Part shown: piece by piece, positions 1 through 13,022 of the stretch
Position numbering within the stretch: position 1 is the stretch's first letter
Layout: every line of letters begins with the position of its first letter
Assembly (NCBI GenBank): GCA_002104945.1
Contig: MCFH01000026.1
Span: 670,685-734,684, forward strand
DNA: 64,000 bases
Source: Piromyces finnis finn
Taxonomy: Eukaryota; Fungi; Neocallimastigomycota
Reading direction: 5' to 3'
Made by a program: the position numbers and the translations under genes
The notes under the pieces: generated by a model
Told to the model about the DNA's origin: nothing
What the model saw: the letters and a program-made list of their open reading frames with translations, nothing else
The model's database searches: none

Positions 1-3000
1 GAAAACGAACACATCGACACTGAGAAAGAAGATTCGGATATACCTTGTGGAATCAGTGGAGAAATATCACCAATCTCAACTTGAAGAACTTAACCAACTC
101 ACCTTAGAAACCGAAATTAAAAACTCTTATAGAGGAAACAATCAAATATTAAGTTATAATGAAAACAACCCTGGTGCAACAATAATAATGGCGGAAAATA
201 AAATGTACAAAGAACTTAAACAAGAAAACGCTGAAAATAAAGCAGAAATGCAAACCATGATGTAAAATTTCATGGAACAAATGATGACACAATTTTCCAA
301 CATAACAACTACTCTATGCACTTCCTTCAGGAGGGATAAAAATATGAATGAAATCCACGCTTTGGAAATCAAATTGGCCAACATAGTAGAAATTCAGAAG
401 TACAAACTTTAGCCAATAATATAGATCAAAACACTGTCAAACCCATAGAATTGAATACTGCTATGGAAGAAGTCGAAAACAATATAAATCAAGTCAAATC
501 TAATTCGATTAAATCAGACGACTTATTACTTTTGGAGAAGGCTACTACTTTAAACATCTCCAACATAGAAAAATCTAAAAGGGAGATTAACACTATTAAA
601 AATCAGCTTAAGTCGGTGAAAGAAGAACTATTACTAATAAATGAAAGCGCAACAAAAAGCGAAATTTATAAGAAAAATATAACTATAGAAACCATGAACA
701 ACATGACTGAGAAGATATAATCAGTACAAAAAGACTCGGAACAGAGAATTTCACAACTAAAGGAAGAAATTTAAAGTCTACATAGTGTTCAAGGTCACAC
801 TCAACTTAATTTCAACAAAGAATTCAGAGAAATTAAACTAGCTATGAACGAGTGTATCGTTCTATAAACTAAATTTCAAGAAAGAATTAAGGCCTTAGAA
901 CTCGAAATAGAAAACAAATCTTCACCTAATAATAAAGAATCAGCCGAATCAAACAATAAATTAATTGAGTTACAAGAAGTTTATGAGGATTTACTTCTCA
1001 AATACGAAGAATTACAAGAAAATTGCAAAAATCCAAAAATTGCGAAATTCCTTAAAGACATCGCAGAAATTAAACAACAATTACATTCTTTATCACATCT
1101 TCATATTAATGATATTACAAACGAATATAAATTTTTAGTACAACGTAATCCCAATACGGAATGTTTATTCAATAACGACTGTAATTTTAAAACCTCCGAA
1201 TTTTCTCTAACTCCCAAAACCAAAAATGTGAAAAAATAATCAATACATTTATCAATGAATACTATTTATCACAAGTTCAACAACTGAACCCAGAAACGGA
1301 TATTACACTGGGAAATATCTCATTCTTCAGAGAAATTCCTTCTTTCATTGGTACTTCTACCTTAGATGAAAGAGAACTAGAAAATAATAAGTGTCTTGAA
1401 GTTAAGTTAAACTAGAAGAAAATGAAGATAAATCAAAAAATTAAAGAAGAATGTGACAATATATGGGAGCTAAATGAAAAAGAAAATAAACAAAGGGATT
1501 TCTTAAGGAACAAAGAAATTGAACAATTACATAAAAGGATCGAGTAATTGGAACGTGAAAACTTTAGAAGAAATAGTAGATCGTCTAGCGGAGACTCCAT
1601 AAGAAGTCAATCCAGCTATAGTTCTGATTCCAATACTAGTTTTAGAAGAAAAATCTATGATAAAATTAAGAACGACACTGACCGTTTCAATAACTGTTTC
1701 AAAAATGAAGACCAAAAGCAAGACTACTTTGATACACGCTTTAGAAGAAACAAAGTAAAAAATGAAACCAGTGAAGAATTTAAAGAAAGATTTGAAAATC
1801 TAATGGAAAGAGTCAAATCTGATTTTGTAAGGGCAGCAAGGAGGGACAGTATTACTACTATAGTAAACACCCAAGAGTTTACAACCCGAACATAAACAAC
1901 ACTATATCCTTTCGGTCTGAAGACTTTAAAGAACTTTCCGCACTCAAACTACAAAATAACCAAGGATTCAGGAGCGTATTTCATGAAGCTCCACCAATGT
2001 TCACGTCAAAAGATAGTGGATATGAATATCTCCGAGATCTCCGCGCTTATCTACAGGCCTATACCCCTAAAGTCAAAGAATTGCAGATCAGAGATGTCAT
2101 CATTGAAAGGAGGACAAGGAGGTCAAGGAATGGTATAAAAACATATATCTGGAAAAGCTGGATAATCCTAATATTGAATGGAATTCCACTACTAATTGGA
2201 AGAAACTTAACCATTTCGTCTACTACTTCGAATTACTTAATTATTTAGTGTTTACATGTTGGATAAATAAAGTTCTTTAAGTTAATACAATATTAAATAA
2301 GAACATTGCAATTAAATATTAAAATATTTTTTAAAAGCTGTGATACTCTTTGGGCTATTATTCAGCCAAATAGCCCAAAGAGAAAGTTCAAGAAATCTTA
2401 ACGAAGATCTAATATTTTTTATTTCTGAAGACAAACACAAATCTCGTAAAACATTAAAAAGACACAAAGAAAAACATACTAAAAAAGAGAAGTATACCAC
2501 CCATCCAGTAAGTAAAAAAAATATTTCGATAAGTATAACCATAATTTAGGGGAAGATATTCTAGACAAGAGCCTAACTAGCGAAGAAAGAAGCAATCTGG
2601 AGGAAATAAATAATATCATAGATAAAACCCAAGGGTCCAAGTATTTAAACAACCCAAAATTTGTCGGTCGGATGCACTATAATAAAGCGTTAATCTTAGA
2701 CAACACATTAAATGCTAAATATAGAATCATTCCATTAGATTCAGGATCCGCCGGGAACTCTATTGGATCTAACTTACTAAAAGAACTAAAAATTAAGAAA
2801 TACATCAATAATAAAGATCACACCATCCAATTGGGGGAAACTATTACTGAAATTAAAGAATAATGCTACCTAACAATAGATGTAGAGATAAAAAATGGTC
2901 AATATTATTTCAATAAGACTAAACTAAGTATCATACTTACGGAAGGACCAACAGTTCATAAAAGAAAGAACTTTTATTATGATAAAATAATTCTCAACGA

Positions 3001-5480
3001 TGATTTAATATTTAAAATGAACAAATTAAAAATCAATGCTAATTATCCTTATTTTTTAAATCTAAAAGAGAATAGATCCGAAAATGCAAAAACGTTACTA
3101 AACAAGAGAAAATATGTTGAAGATCTAGAATGGGATAAGAAGCATCTGGATGAGAAACAAAAAATAAAAATTGATAAAAGGGATTTAAGGAATAACGCTG
3201 AGGAAAACCATAATACAGAAATGATAAAACTTTCGATAGCACAAAAGATAAAGATTAACAAACTCAATGCATATCTACCTTACAATAAAGATAAGGTAAA
3301 AAGATTACCAATGATACCACACATTTCTTTGGAAAAAAATTATGAAGATGCTTTAGAAAGAGAATTTAAAGAACTTGAAGAAGAAAACAAAATTGAAAAA
3401 TCAAGGGCGTCTCAGCCTGCAACGCTTTTAACGTACCTAAAAAAGATGGAACTTTTAGAACAGTCTTTAATTACGTTATGGTTAATAACTGTCTCCATCA
3501 AAACAAATATCCTATACCCAAAATCTTGGAACTAGTTCACCACAACACCCTCTTCAAGTAACATATTCTTTAAGATCTCAGGAAGGCTTATAACCAGATA
3601 TACTTAGAACCAAGATACCGTTTTCTCACCAGCTTTAGATTAAAAAATCAAATATACCAGTGGAAAGTACTACCCTTTGATTTATCTACAGCACCATTTA
3701 TTTTCCAATCTATTTTAAATTTACTCTTAAACAAATATTTAAATAACATTAGAAAAATGCTTATTCTTTCCAACTGAATTCGAATACTTAGGGTATAAAT
3801 TTAGTTTCGATAGTATTAAACCTGTTTCAAATAAACAATTAAATCTTAAAAAATGTCATACATTAAAAGAATATCAACAACTTTACGGTTTTCTAAATTA
3901 TTTCAAAGATTATATTAAAAATTTTTACAGAAAAAACTAGACATATCACACTTGGTTTATCAAACAAAACTACTGAATAGACCGAAAATATGGGAAATGA
4001 ATTACAATATTTTACCAAACTCATTCCTAATCTACCTAACCTTACTCCTTTTAAATCTAACCAAGATATCTTTATCCTAACCGACGCCTCCGAAATTGGT
4101 ATTGGCGCTGCTATTTTTCAGGTGGAGGACAAAAACGAAGTATAAAATCTGTTTTAAATTTTATACTTTTACAAAGTATAAAATTTAAAACAGATTTTAT
4201 ACTTAAAACAAAACAATTTTTATTAACACAAAAATAAAAAAATAAAACATTAAATTTTTATTTAAAAAAAAATTTTTATTTAAACTCTTAAAAATATTAT
4301 TAACTATATAATAGTTAATAATTAAAAAATTGAAAATAACAATTACATCGATTTAACAAATAAAAATTACATGTATTTATATTTTTTCATAATTATATTC
4401 TAATATATTATTTTATTTAAATAAACATATATTTAATATAAAATAAACAAAACTAATTTAATTAAATAATAAAATAACAAAACTAAACTAAACTAATTCA
4501 TTATACTTTTAATTCAATTTGAGTAAACTCAAAATTGAATAAAGCCCATGTATTTTCTATAAATTAATTTAATATTATCAATACTATTCTTAATATATTT
4601 CCTATTGAAATATAAATAAATCTATTTTTAAAACTAAGTTAAAATTATTAAACTATTCTAAATTTAAATAAAAAAGTATAATCTATTCTAAAATTAAATA
4701 AAAAGTATTTAAAAAATATTTTAATTATTTTAAATATTTGAAATATTTAAATTTAATTAAAATTCTTTTATTCCTTAAATTTAAATATTTATCTTAATTT
4801 AAATTTTACGGAATTATTATAAAATAATTTATTATTAAATTATTCCATAAAATTTACTCAAAAATTTTATAATCAGTTTTACTAAATATTAATTTATTAT
4901 TTAATAATTAATAATTAATTATTAAATAATCTAAAGATATATATTATATCTTTACATACTTCTACATTTGCTGAATAATAAATCTTGTGATTATTAATCA
5001 AAATAATGCGGACGTAAAAAGTGGACATTCCAAGAACATTCCAATAAAAAATATGTCCAAAAACGAAAAAAGGAAATTTCGTAATGCAACAATTCCATCA
5101 TATGAGACATTGGAAAAGAAAAATAATTCGTTGTACATTACGAAAGAAAATTATAATAATTTAACTAAAAACCTTAACCCATTAGGACTTTGTTCAGGAA
5201 AACTTAACCCTACGGAACTAAAAATTTCAACCTTTGATAAGGAATTATTAGCTCTTTCAGAAACCGAAACCTTATTTCATTATAAATTTTTAATCAGAAA
5301 TGGTCAAAGAATTTACTCAGCTACTGATCACATTAACATAGTAGTATATATGTTAGATATCAATGCCACAACATGATATCTTTAGATGTGTTTAAGTCAT
5401 GATTAAATATTGTTGAATTAGGTAAATTATTTTACATAATCAAAATTAAGGTAACAATTGATTTGTTAAAAAAACAATAA
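1..5480 (+). mobile_element. Degenerate Ty3/gypsy-like retroelement R1 (coiled-coil ORF remnants, gag-like, protease, RT, RNase H; no integrase seen)
   Basis: Protease LDSGS at ~2735-2749; RT segments VPKKDGTFRTVFNY and DLRKAYNQI...YQWKVLPFDLSTAPFIFQ (~3430-3710), with the YxDD region deleted; RNase H LTDASEIGIGAAIFQ (~4077-4122) continuing after the 4138-4956 insertion as SGKLNPTE...DKELLAL...ATDH (~5200-5330); many stops and frameshifts. Confidence 0.8.
4138..4956 (+). repeat. Solo LTR-like repeat family A, copy 1 (left end rearranged into a palindrome)
   Basis: Near-identical to 13023-13815; ends ...tatatctttaCA at 4956; right flank TACTT also appears inverted (AAGTA, 4174-4178) in the rearranged left end. 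Confidence 0.85.
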
Positions 5481-5829
5481 AATTCAAAATTCAAAACAAA
5501 ATAAATTATTACTTTAATTTTAATGTTAGACAGTAAAACACAGTTTCCAATCTAATTTAATATGTTGACCTTAGAATAAATAAATAGATTCAATGGGAAA
5601 TTAATATACAAATAATAAATAGATAATAAATAAACACTTATTCAACTTTTTTATCATTCGATTTGTATTAGTAACTTTAAATCGGTGTAATTGTTATTTT
5701 TTAAAAAAAAATATTTCTTAATAAAAGATATAATTTTTAAAAAAAATTTTTTTTGTTCATTGTGTTTATGATTGGTGTTATTGTAAAAAGTAATATATTT
5801 TATAATCAATACTTTACAATATATAAACT

Positions 5830-7075
5830 CAGGAAGTAGAAACAAATCGAGGTTTTTCTTATCCCATTCTGGGTCGTATACTGTTTTTCTGGTGGAAATA
5901 ATACCCTTAAGTTATGATTTTCGGTTCTTCATCTTATTCAAAAAATCAGGGTAATAATTATGAAAAACCCTTTTATTATGTAGATTGAAAATATAGTCAT
6001 CATCGATGATAATTTTATCATAGTAGAAGCTCTTTTTTGTTGGTTAGTGAATCCGTAGGCATTATATTGAATCTTATATTTTGAAAGTAATAGGTATTCA
6101 GTTTGAATTCGATTCCTACTGTAAGATAACAGTATACTTTTATTTCTGTTATAGTCTCTCCGAATTGGATGGTATGGTATAAATCGTTCCTATATGTTTT
6201 GACGTTAATATTATTTATAATATTTGATGCCATATAATTGTTTGCTGTTCCTGAGTCAAGTAAGAATATTGCATTGTCCTTGTAAGTTGTTATCCAGAAT
6301 GATACCCTTATTGTTTTGTATCTTCCCTCCAAATTTAGGGTTGTTTATGTATTTACCTTTAGGCTATGGTTAATTTCTTCATTGGTTAACTTTACGCTAG
6401 ATTCTATTTGATGTATATTTTAACTAATTCAACTTAAGGATTTTAATAAAATTGATATAAAGTTGTTTATTGATATCTTCTTGGGTTTTATAATCCTCTC
6501 TAGGATCCTTTGTTATTTTTCGATTTGATCAATTTATTTATTTAAAGTAACTTCATTTAGTTTTTTTAATAGGCTTAATATTTGACCAAAAATACTTTTC
6601 GAAATAAAATATAAAATTATTTAATTTATATCATGAAGTGGTAGCATTCCATTCAATATCAACTTCGAAGTTATATTTGAAAAAGTTCTTTTCCCAGATG
6701 ATAATTTCCTTAGGGCATCCTTGAAGAATGGCTTCTTTAACATGATTTCCCTTAGGATTGGGAGATAGATTTGTAAATATGTTTTAAGATTTCGTAAGAA
6801 GTCATAATTATTGTTTTTACAAATGTACCTTGATGGTATCGGATTTATACATCACTCTATTCTTGAAGTCCTCGGCTCCCTTCTTTAGTTTATTAATTTC
6901 TTTTTCGTATTTCTCCTTAATTTTTTCTAATTTCTTCTTGTTCTTTTTATTTTATTTCTTGATACGATTTCTACGGATGCTAACTTTTCTCTCTGCTCCT
7001 TATTGACTTGTGTTAATCTTCTTGTTTAAAGATGTTTCGCCTACAAAGGAATGTCCTTCATATAATGTATCATTA
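5830..7075 (-). mobile_element. Truncated paralog R2 of R1 (gag-like plus protease)
   Basis: Protease FLLDSGTAN and HTIQFGETITEIK (R1: HTIQLGETITEIK); PEWDKKNLD (R1: LEWDKKHLD); IEWNATT (R1: IEWNSTT). Confidence 0.75.
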
Positions 7076-7148
7076 ATTGTAATTAAAATAAAGAACATTT
7101 TATTAGTTTAACCCTACACTTACACTTTCTGTAGAATAAGATAATTGT

Positions 7149-7883
7149 TGTAAAAGTTTTATAAAATTTAAAACAGATTATAAAACTTATTCAATAAAAC
7201 AAAAACATAAAAAATAAAATAAAAATATAAAAAGACAAAAATAACAAAATATAATTTATAACTTCTCTTTTATTAGTCTAAATTATAGTCAATAATAATT
7301 ACATCGTTTTAAATTACGAAATTTTACATGTATTTATATTTTTTGTAGATTATATTTTAATATACTATTCTATTTAATTATACATATACTCAATATAAAA
7401 TAAACAAAACTAATTTAATTCTAATTTAATTAAATAATAATACTAAACTAAAACTAATTAAATACACTTTTGATTCAATTTGAGTAAACTGCAAATTGAA
7501 TACAGTCCATGTATTACCTATATATTAATTAAATATTAATAATACTATTCATACTATTCATTATATATTTATTATTAAAAATGTTAATTTAAAACTACGA
7601 TAAAGTTATTAAATTAATTTTAATTAAATAAAAACTTTTTAAGATTTAATTTGAATATTTAAAATATTTAAATTTAATTATCTATTAATCTAAATATTTA
7701 TCCAAATTTCATTTCTAACTTTGATATTTTAAAATTAATCTTTATATAATTATTCCATAAAAATTTATATAATAAATTTTATAAATAATTTTTTATTAAA
7801 ATATCAAAATTATTATTTAATAATTATTAATTAATTATTAAATAATTTAAAGATATATTAAAGATATATTTTATATCTTTACA
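7149..7883 (+). repeat. Solo LTR family A, copy 2
   Basis: TG...CA ends; 5-bp TSD ATTGT (7144-7148 / 7884-7888). Confidence 0.85.
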
Positions 7884-8622
7884 ATTGTATTATCGCATTC
7901 TCAAGTTACGTAAGTATGGAAGTATATATTTAAGCTTATCCTAGGAAAGGCTTAAATTAACAAATCGTTTTAAAATTTCGAAAAAATATTTACTTACTTT
8001 TTAGTATTCTACCTACTATATTTACTACAATCATTCTGTTATTATTAGATACTAAACAAGTAATCTGATAAAGAAGCATATCTCAACATTGAATCCGAAT
8101 GAAATTCATCCAGCACTGAATCCATATTCTATATTGACTATAATGCCGTTAGTGGAGAAGATTAAGTAATTTATTTAAAATTGTTCTAAATGAAGATATT
8201 AAATCACTTGAAGATAACGTTATCAATCAAGAGATTGTAACAAATATATAGTCGCGAAAATACACGACATAAACCAAAATTTAAAAACAATCAAGAATGA
8301 ATACCAGTCAAATTTAGAAATAAGCGCATTGTTATCAGATAAAAATAAACAAAATATCGAAAATAGTATTTTACAAGTCTAGAACAACTTTAATATCAAA
8401 ATAAAACAAATAATCAATGATTTGGAAGAACTGTCAAAAAGGACACACATTCTCAATATACCAATAAGATTGAAATTGAACAACTACAATTCAAGTTAAA
8501 TCAACAAATTAAAAGACAGACAGAACTCTATAATCAAATCATGCAGTTATCCATCCTGTAGAAAATAAAGAATAACTAAGGAAAAATAACAATAACGAAG
8601 AAGACCGAAAACAACTAAAACA

Positions 8623-10290
8623 TTAAGAATCATTTTTGCAAAAGATAGAATTAGACTTTCCATAAGTATAATCTTTGCAAGTATCATTAGTTTTATTTGT
8701 TTTCATACCGCGTTCTTTATGTGAACTTTTATTTACTTCTTTATTTGTATTTTTAGAGTTAGTATCTTGAATTCCACCGTCTGCAGTAAAAATACCTGGA
8801 AGCCATACCGAAACTCCACCGTTATCTGAGCTACTTCCAGAGGAAGCACCACTTTCTGACCCGGAATTAGAATGAGTTCCGGAATTACTTGAATTAATTA
8901 ATCTATTTGTACTACTTTCATTCACCTAATGATTTCATGTGCTTTCGTTTATTCTTGTTATATCATTCATAACACTCTCATCCTAATTTTCTATGCCATC
9001 TTCGGAAACAGAACTTGATAAAGCTTCTTCCACAATTTCTGAAATAGTTTTACTAAGATTTTTAGACGCTGTGTCTTCTTAATGATTTTCAATAGTATAC
9101 ACAGTATTATGTGATTTTTGCACCGAAATGCTGTACGCTGTATCAAACAAAACTGTAAAGATATAAAGTATATCTTTAAATTATTTAATAATTAATTAAT
9201 AATTATTGAATAATAATTTTGATATTTTAATGAAAAATTGTTTATAAAATTTATTGTATAAATTTTATGGAAAAAATAAATAAAGATTAATTTTAAAATA
9301 TCAAAGTTAGAAATGAAATTTGGATAAATATTTAAATTAATGGATAGTTAAATTTAAATATTTTAAATATTCAAATTAAATCTTAAAAAGTTTTTATTTT
9401 ATTAAAATTAGTTTAATAACTTTAGCGTAGTCTTAAATTAGTATTTTTAATTATAAATATATAATAAATAGTATTATTAATATTTAATTAATATATAGGT
9501 AATACATGGACTGTATTCAATTTGCAGTTTACTCAAATTGAATCAAAAGTGTATTTAATTAGTTTTAGTTTAGTTTTATTATTTTATTATTTAATTAAAT
9601 TAGTATTAAATTAGTTTTGTTTATTTTCTATTGAATATATGTATAATTAAATAGAATAGTATATTAAAATATAATTTACAAAAAATATAAATACATGTAA
9701 AAATTTCTTAATTAAAATGATGTAATTGTTATTAACTATTATTTAGTTAATAACTAAATAAACTTAATAAAAGAAGATATTAAAAAGATAATTTTAACTA
9801 TATTTTGTTTTTATTTTTTGGTGTTGTTTTATTGTAAAATTTTATAATCTGTTTGAGTCTTATAAAACTTTTACAAAAACTATGTATGAAATAGATGTAC
9901 TAACACCATTTGAAATATATTGATTTGTATAATTCATAAATTTCCATCCTTTAACAAAATTGGGAGATTTCAGTATTCCAGTTAATTATTTATGATAAGG
10001 ATTACCTTCAAGACCGTTACTTGTTAATAAATTACAAGTTCTTTCATTTTCCAAATCATATTTTTTTAGTAAACCATTTTCATCCCTTTTAAATTTAGTA
10101 ATATTCCTAAGTAACTTATTTTTTTGGCCCCTACACCAAAAATATTGAATAAAGTGGCTCCATCATTGCAATTATTAAAATATGTATTAAATGGATTATC
10201 AAAAAAAAATCCTTTTCTGCTTATTATATACACATAATGCCCATAAGCTATATCAAAAAAACTTACTATTAAAAATAAATATTTCAACAT
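8623..10290 (-). pseudogene. Probable pseudogene of a secreted/surface protein with Ser/Gly-rich linker, split by a family A LTR
   Basis: Signal-peptide-like MLKYLFLIVSFFDIAYG start at 10290; protein-like frames on both sides of the 9154-9875 insertion with scattered stops; Ser-rich ORF 8623-8925. Confidence 0.35.
9154..9875 (-). repeat. Solo LTR family A, copy 3 (reverse orientation)
   Basis: Reverse complement of 7149-7883; TG...CA; TSD AAAAC (9149-9153 / 9876-9880). Confidence 0.85.
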
Positions 10291-10366
10291 TAGTAATAAT
10301 ATTTCAATAATTATTTATTACAAATTTTAGTAGTTTTTTTCTTATTTCTTATCTATTATTATATAT

Positions 10367-11165
10367 TGTAAAGTTTTGTAAAACACTAGATTAAACAAAA
10401 CTGCAATAACACTAAATTTTTAATTACACTTATAATTTATAGTTTTATTATATTTTATTATTTATGAAAATATTTTTATTAGAATGTTATTAACTACTTA
10501 ATAGTCAATAACAATTATAATTATTTAAATTTACATGAAATTTCGGACTATTTATATTTTTTTGCGATTACATTATAATATGTCTAACTAATTTATTTAT
10601 ATTTCTATTCAATATAAAACTATCATTAAAAATCTTAAAATATAATAATTTAATTTCACAATATCAATTATATTATATGAAATATTACTATATAAGGAAA
10701 GGTAATGTAATACAAATAAGTATTACAATAAAATTAATACTAATATTATATAATATTAATATATGAGAATATAATGAAATATGTACATGGATTCTATAAT
10801 TAATATATAAATAATGTATTATAATATATATCAATTATTATATTATTATTATGAAATATTATATATAAATTTTTAAATATGAAATTGAATATTTTAAATA
10901 ATAAAAATTATTTTAAATATGTAGCTAGACATATTATTATAAAAACATAAAATTATAACATAATTTTATGTTATGCAAAAAATTTCTTTTATTTATTATT
11001 TTTATTTGTAATATTTTATATTTTATATTTATATTTATATTTATATTTTATTATATTTTTATTATACTTTAATAAATATTTTTATACTTTTTATTCTAGT
11101 TATTATATATTTATTAATTAAACAAACAAAACATAGTTATAATTATTAAAAGATATATAAATATA
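10367..11165 (+). repeat. Diverged family A-like LTR remnant
   Basis: Starts TGTAAAG with family A-like layout and a degenerate aaagatatata right end; no clean TSD. Confidence 0.4.
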
Positions 11166-11299
11166 TTATTATTTCATGTAATTAATTCTTCGCTTCTTGT
11201 TATATTATAGCCAAAAATCTATATTAATAAAATTAATTTAAAAACATTATTACATAAAGTTTCCCCCTAAAAAGGAAATTAGAACCGAGTTATATCATT

Positions 11300-11308
11300 T
11301 GGTGGAGA
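11300..11308 (+). promoter_or_regulatory. Primer-binding site (TGGTGGAGA) of gypsy element U, probably tRNA-Ala
   Basis: Follows ...TATATCA after a 2-nt spacer; complementary to the UCUCCACCA 3' end typical of tRNA-Ala; the same PBS occurs at 35407-35417. Confidence 0.6.
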
Positions 11309-11477
11309 TATCGGTTCTTTTAGAGGAGGAAGAAGTTATACAATTTTAATAAATTGTATTAGTTATTTTTTTTCTTATAAAACATTTTTATTAATTCTGC
11401 ATATAGTTATTTAGTAACTATATATATATATACATAAAATAAAAAAATATTATTTAATATTCATAATTGAAATTTCA

Positions 11478-11675
11478 TTCTTATCAATATTGAATTTAAC
11501 AAAATCGTGTCAGCATAAACAAACCTTGCAACTCTCAGAAGGAGTATAGTAAGGGTGATTTTAATATCCTGAAGCGTGTGACGGAACATAAATCATCGGA
11601 TGAAATACCCTTAGGTGTACAGCTTATTATACACATTTTGGTCGGAAACTCAAATTGATAATAACAATATTAAAT
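11478..11675 (+). ncRNA. Structured RNA motif in the leader of element U, homologous to 31803-32032 (-)
   Basis: Shared blocks CCTGAAGCGYGTGACGGAAC, ATCGGAYGAAA-ACCCTTA and TTGGTCGG-AACTCAA-TTGATAATAACAATATTAAAT; long closing stem in both copies. Confidence 0.55.
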
Positions 11676-11779
11676 ATTTAAATTTGAAATTTAATAATTC
11701 ATTAATAAACAAGCAATATAATTACTGTTAATTAAAAAAAAAAAAAGATTTTTTTTCTTAAACCTTAATCATTAAGAAA

Positions 11780-12850
11780 TTGAACTACTCAGATATTATT
11801 GAAGCTCTTAAAGAAGCTAAAAAAAGGAAAATGGCGGAGTTAAATAACTCAATGTTACTACAATATCGCCTAATGACTCTTCAGGGTATCGTCACCTTGA
11901 CGGATGAAAATCATGACGTAAATTTATGGCATGATCAATTCCAATCTTGGTGTCCTATACAAAAGATCACAGCATCTCAGGACATCTACAATTGGTGCCT
12001 TATAAAAGAACAAGGAATGGATGCTACAGCAATTAGAGACTTAGAGTATACCAACGCTGATGGTACTACTGTTTATCCATCCTTAGAAAAAATGAAGGAT
12101 ACTCTATTAAAGACATATAAATTAAAGAAGGACCCGGAAGACATTATCAACGAATTAAAGTCCTTAAAAATTTCATACCAAGACAATGTCAAAGAATTTA
12201 ACAAAAAGTATCGGAGTGTTCGGGATTCTCCCTATTCCAATTTCTCAAATATAAAGATGAACAAACGAGAAATAACTATAATAGCTTTAGTTCAAACTAT
12301 GCAAACTTTAATAATTATCCAGCCATAAGTCATAATAATTTCAATAATTCTTATAATAATAATTTAAATCGCACTAATAATTTTAACTCATTTAATTCTA
12401 ATAAATTTAATTATAATAATTCTGGATTTAACAACCAAAACTCTAATAATCAAGGTTTTAATAATCAAAATTTTAATAATTCATACCCTAATAATTTAAA
12501 TTTCAATGGCCAAAATTATAATAATTTAGGTTCTACTAATTCAAATTTTAATCAAAATTTTAATAATTCTAATTTTAGTAACACCAACTTTATGCCTAAT
12601 AATTTTAATAATTCTGGTTATAACAATTACTATAATTCCTATAGTAATAACCCCTTTAGTAATTCTGCTCCGCTTAGAAACTCCGCTACTTACTACCAAA
12701 ATTATCAAAATAGGAGTTTCAATAATCAGACCTTCTATGAAAATTCTGATATTTTCTCCAATAATGAAGAAAATATAAAAGATGTCATAATTATACTAAT
12801 ACTAATAATAAAGGTTTTAAATAACCATATACAAATAATATAACTATATA
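11780..12850 (+). pseudogene. gag: Gag of gypsy-type element U with Asn-rich C-terminus, frameshifted and truncated
   Basis: Retrotransposon-gag-like helical region (LWHDQFQSWC...ELKSLKISYQDNVKEFNKKY) downstream of the PBS; no pol follows. Confidence 0.6.
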
Positions 12851-13022
12851 ATAAAAATTTTAATAATTAATAGAAAAATGTATAAAAATAGAGTTAAACA
12901 CTAATAAGGAAGATAAATAGTTGAAGGTTAAATCCTAAAATTCTAGCTAATTCAACTATTTATGTTCATTCCTTAACAGAATGCCCCTCGTTAAAACTCA
13001 AGCTACTCCGTTGCTGAGTTAT

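Noticed and set aside
11281-11345. TRIM-like PBS followed closely by a purine tract
   Set aside because: No TG-starting second LTR follows; the region continues into a leader and gag
11558-11625. Hammerhead ribozyme reading of the shared leader motif (CUGAAG...GAAA)
   Set aside because: Core is CUGAAGC rather than CUGANGA; no stem I or consistent NUH site in either copy
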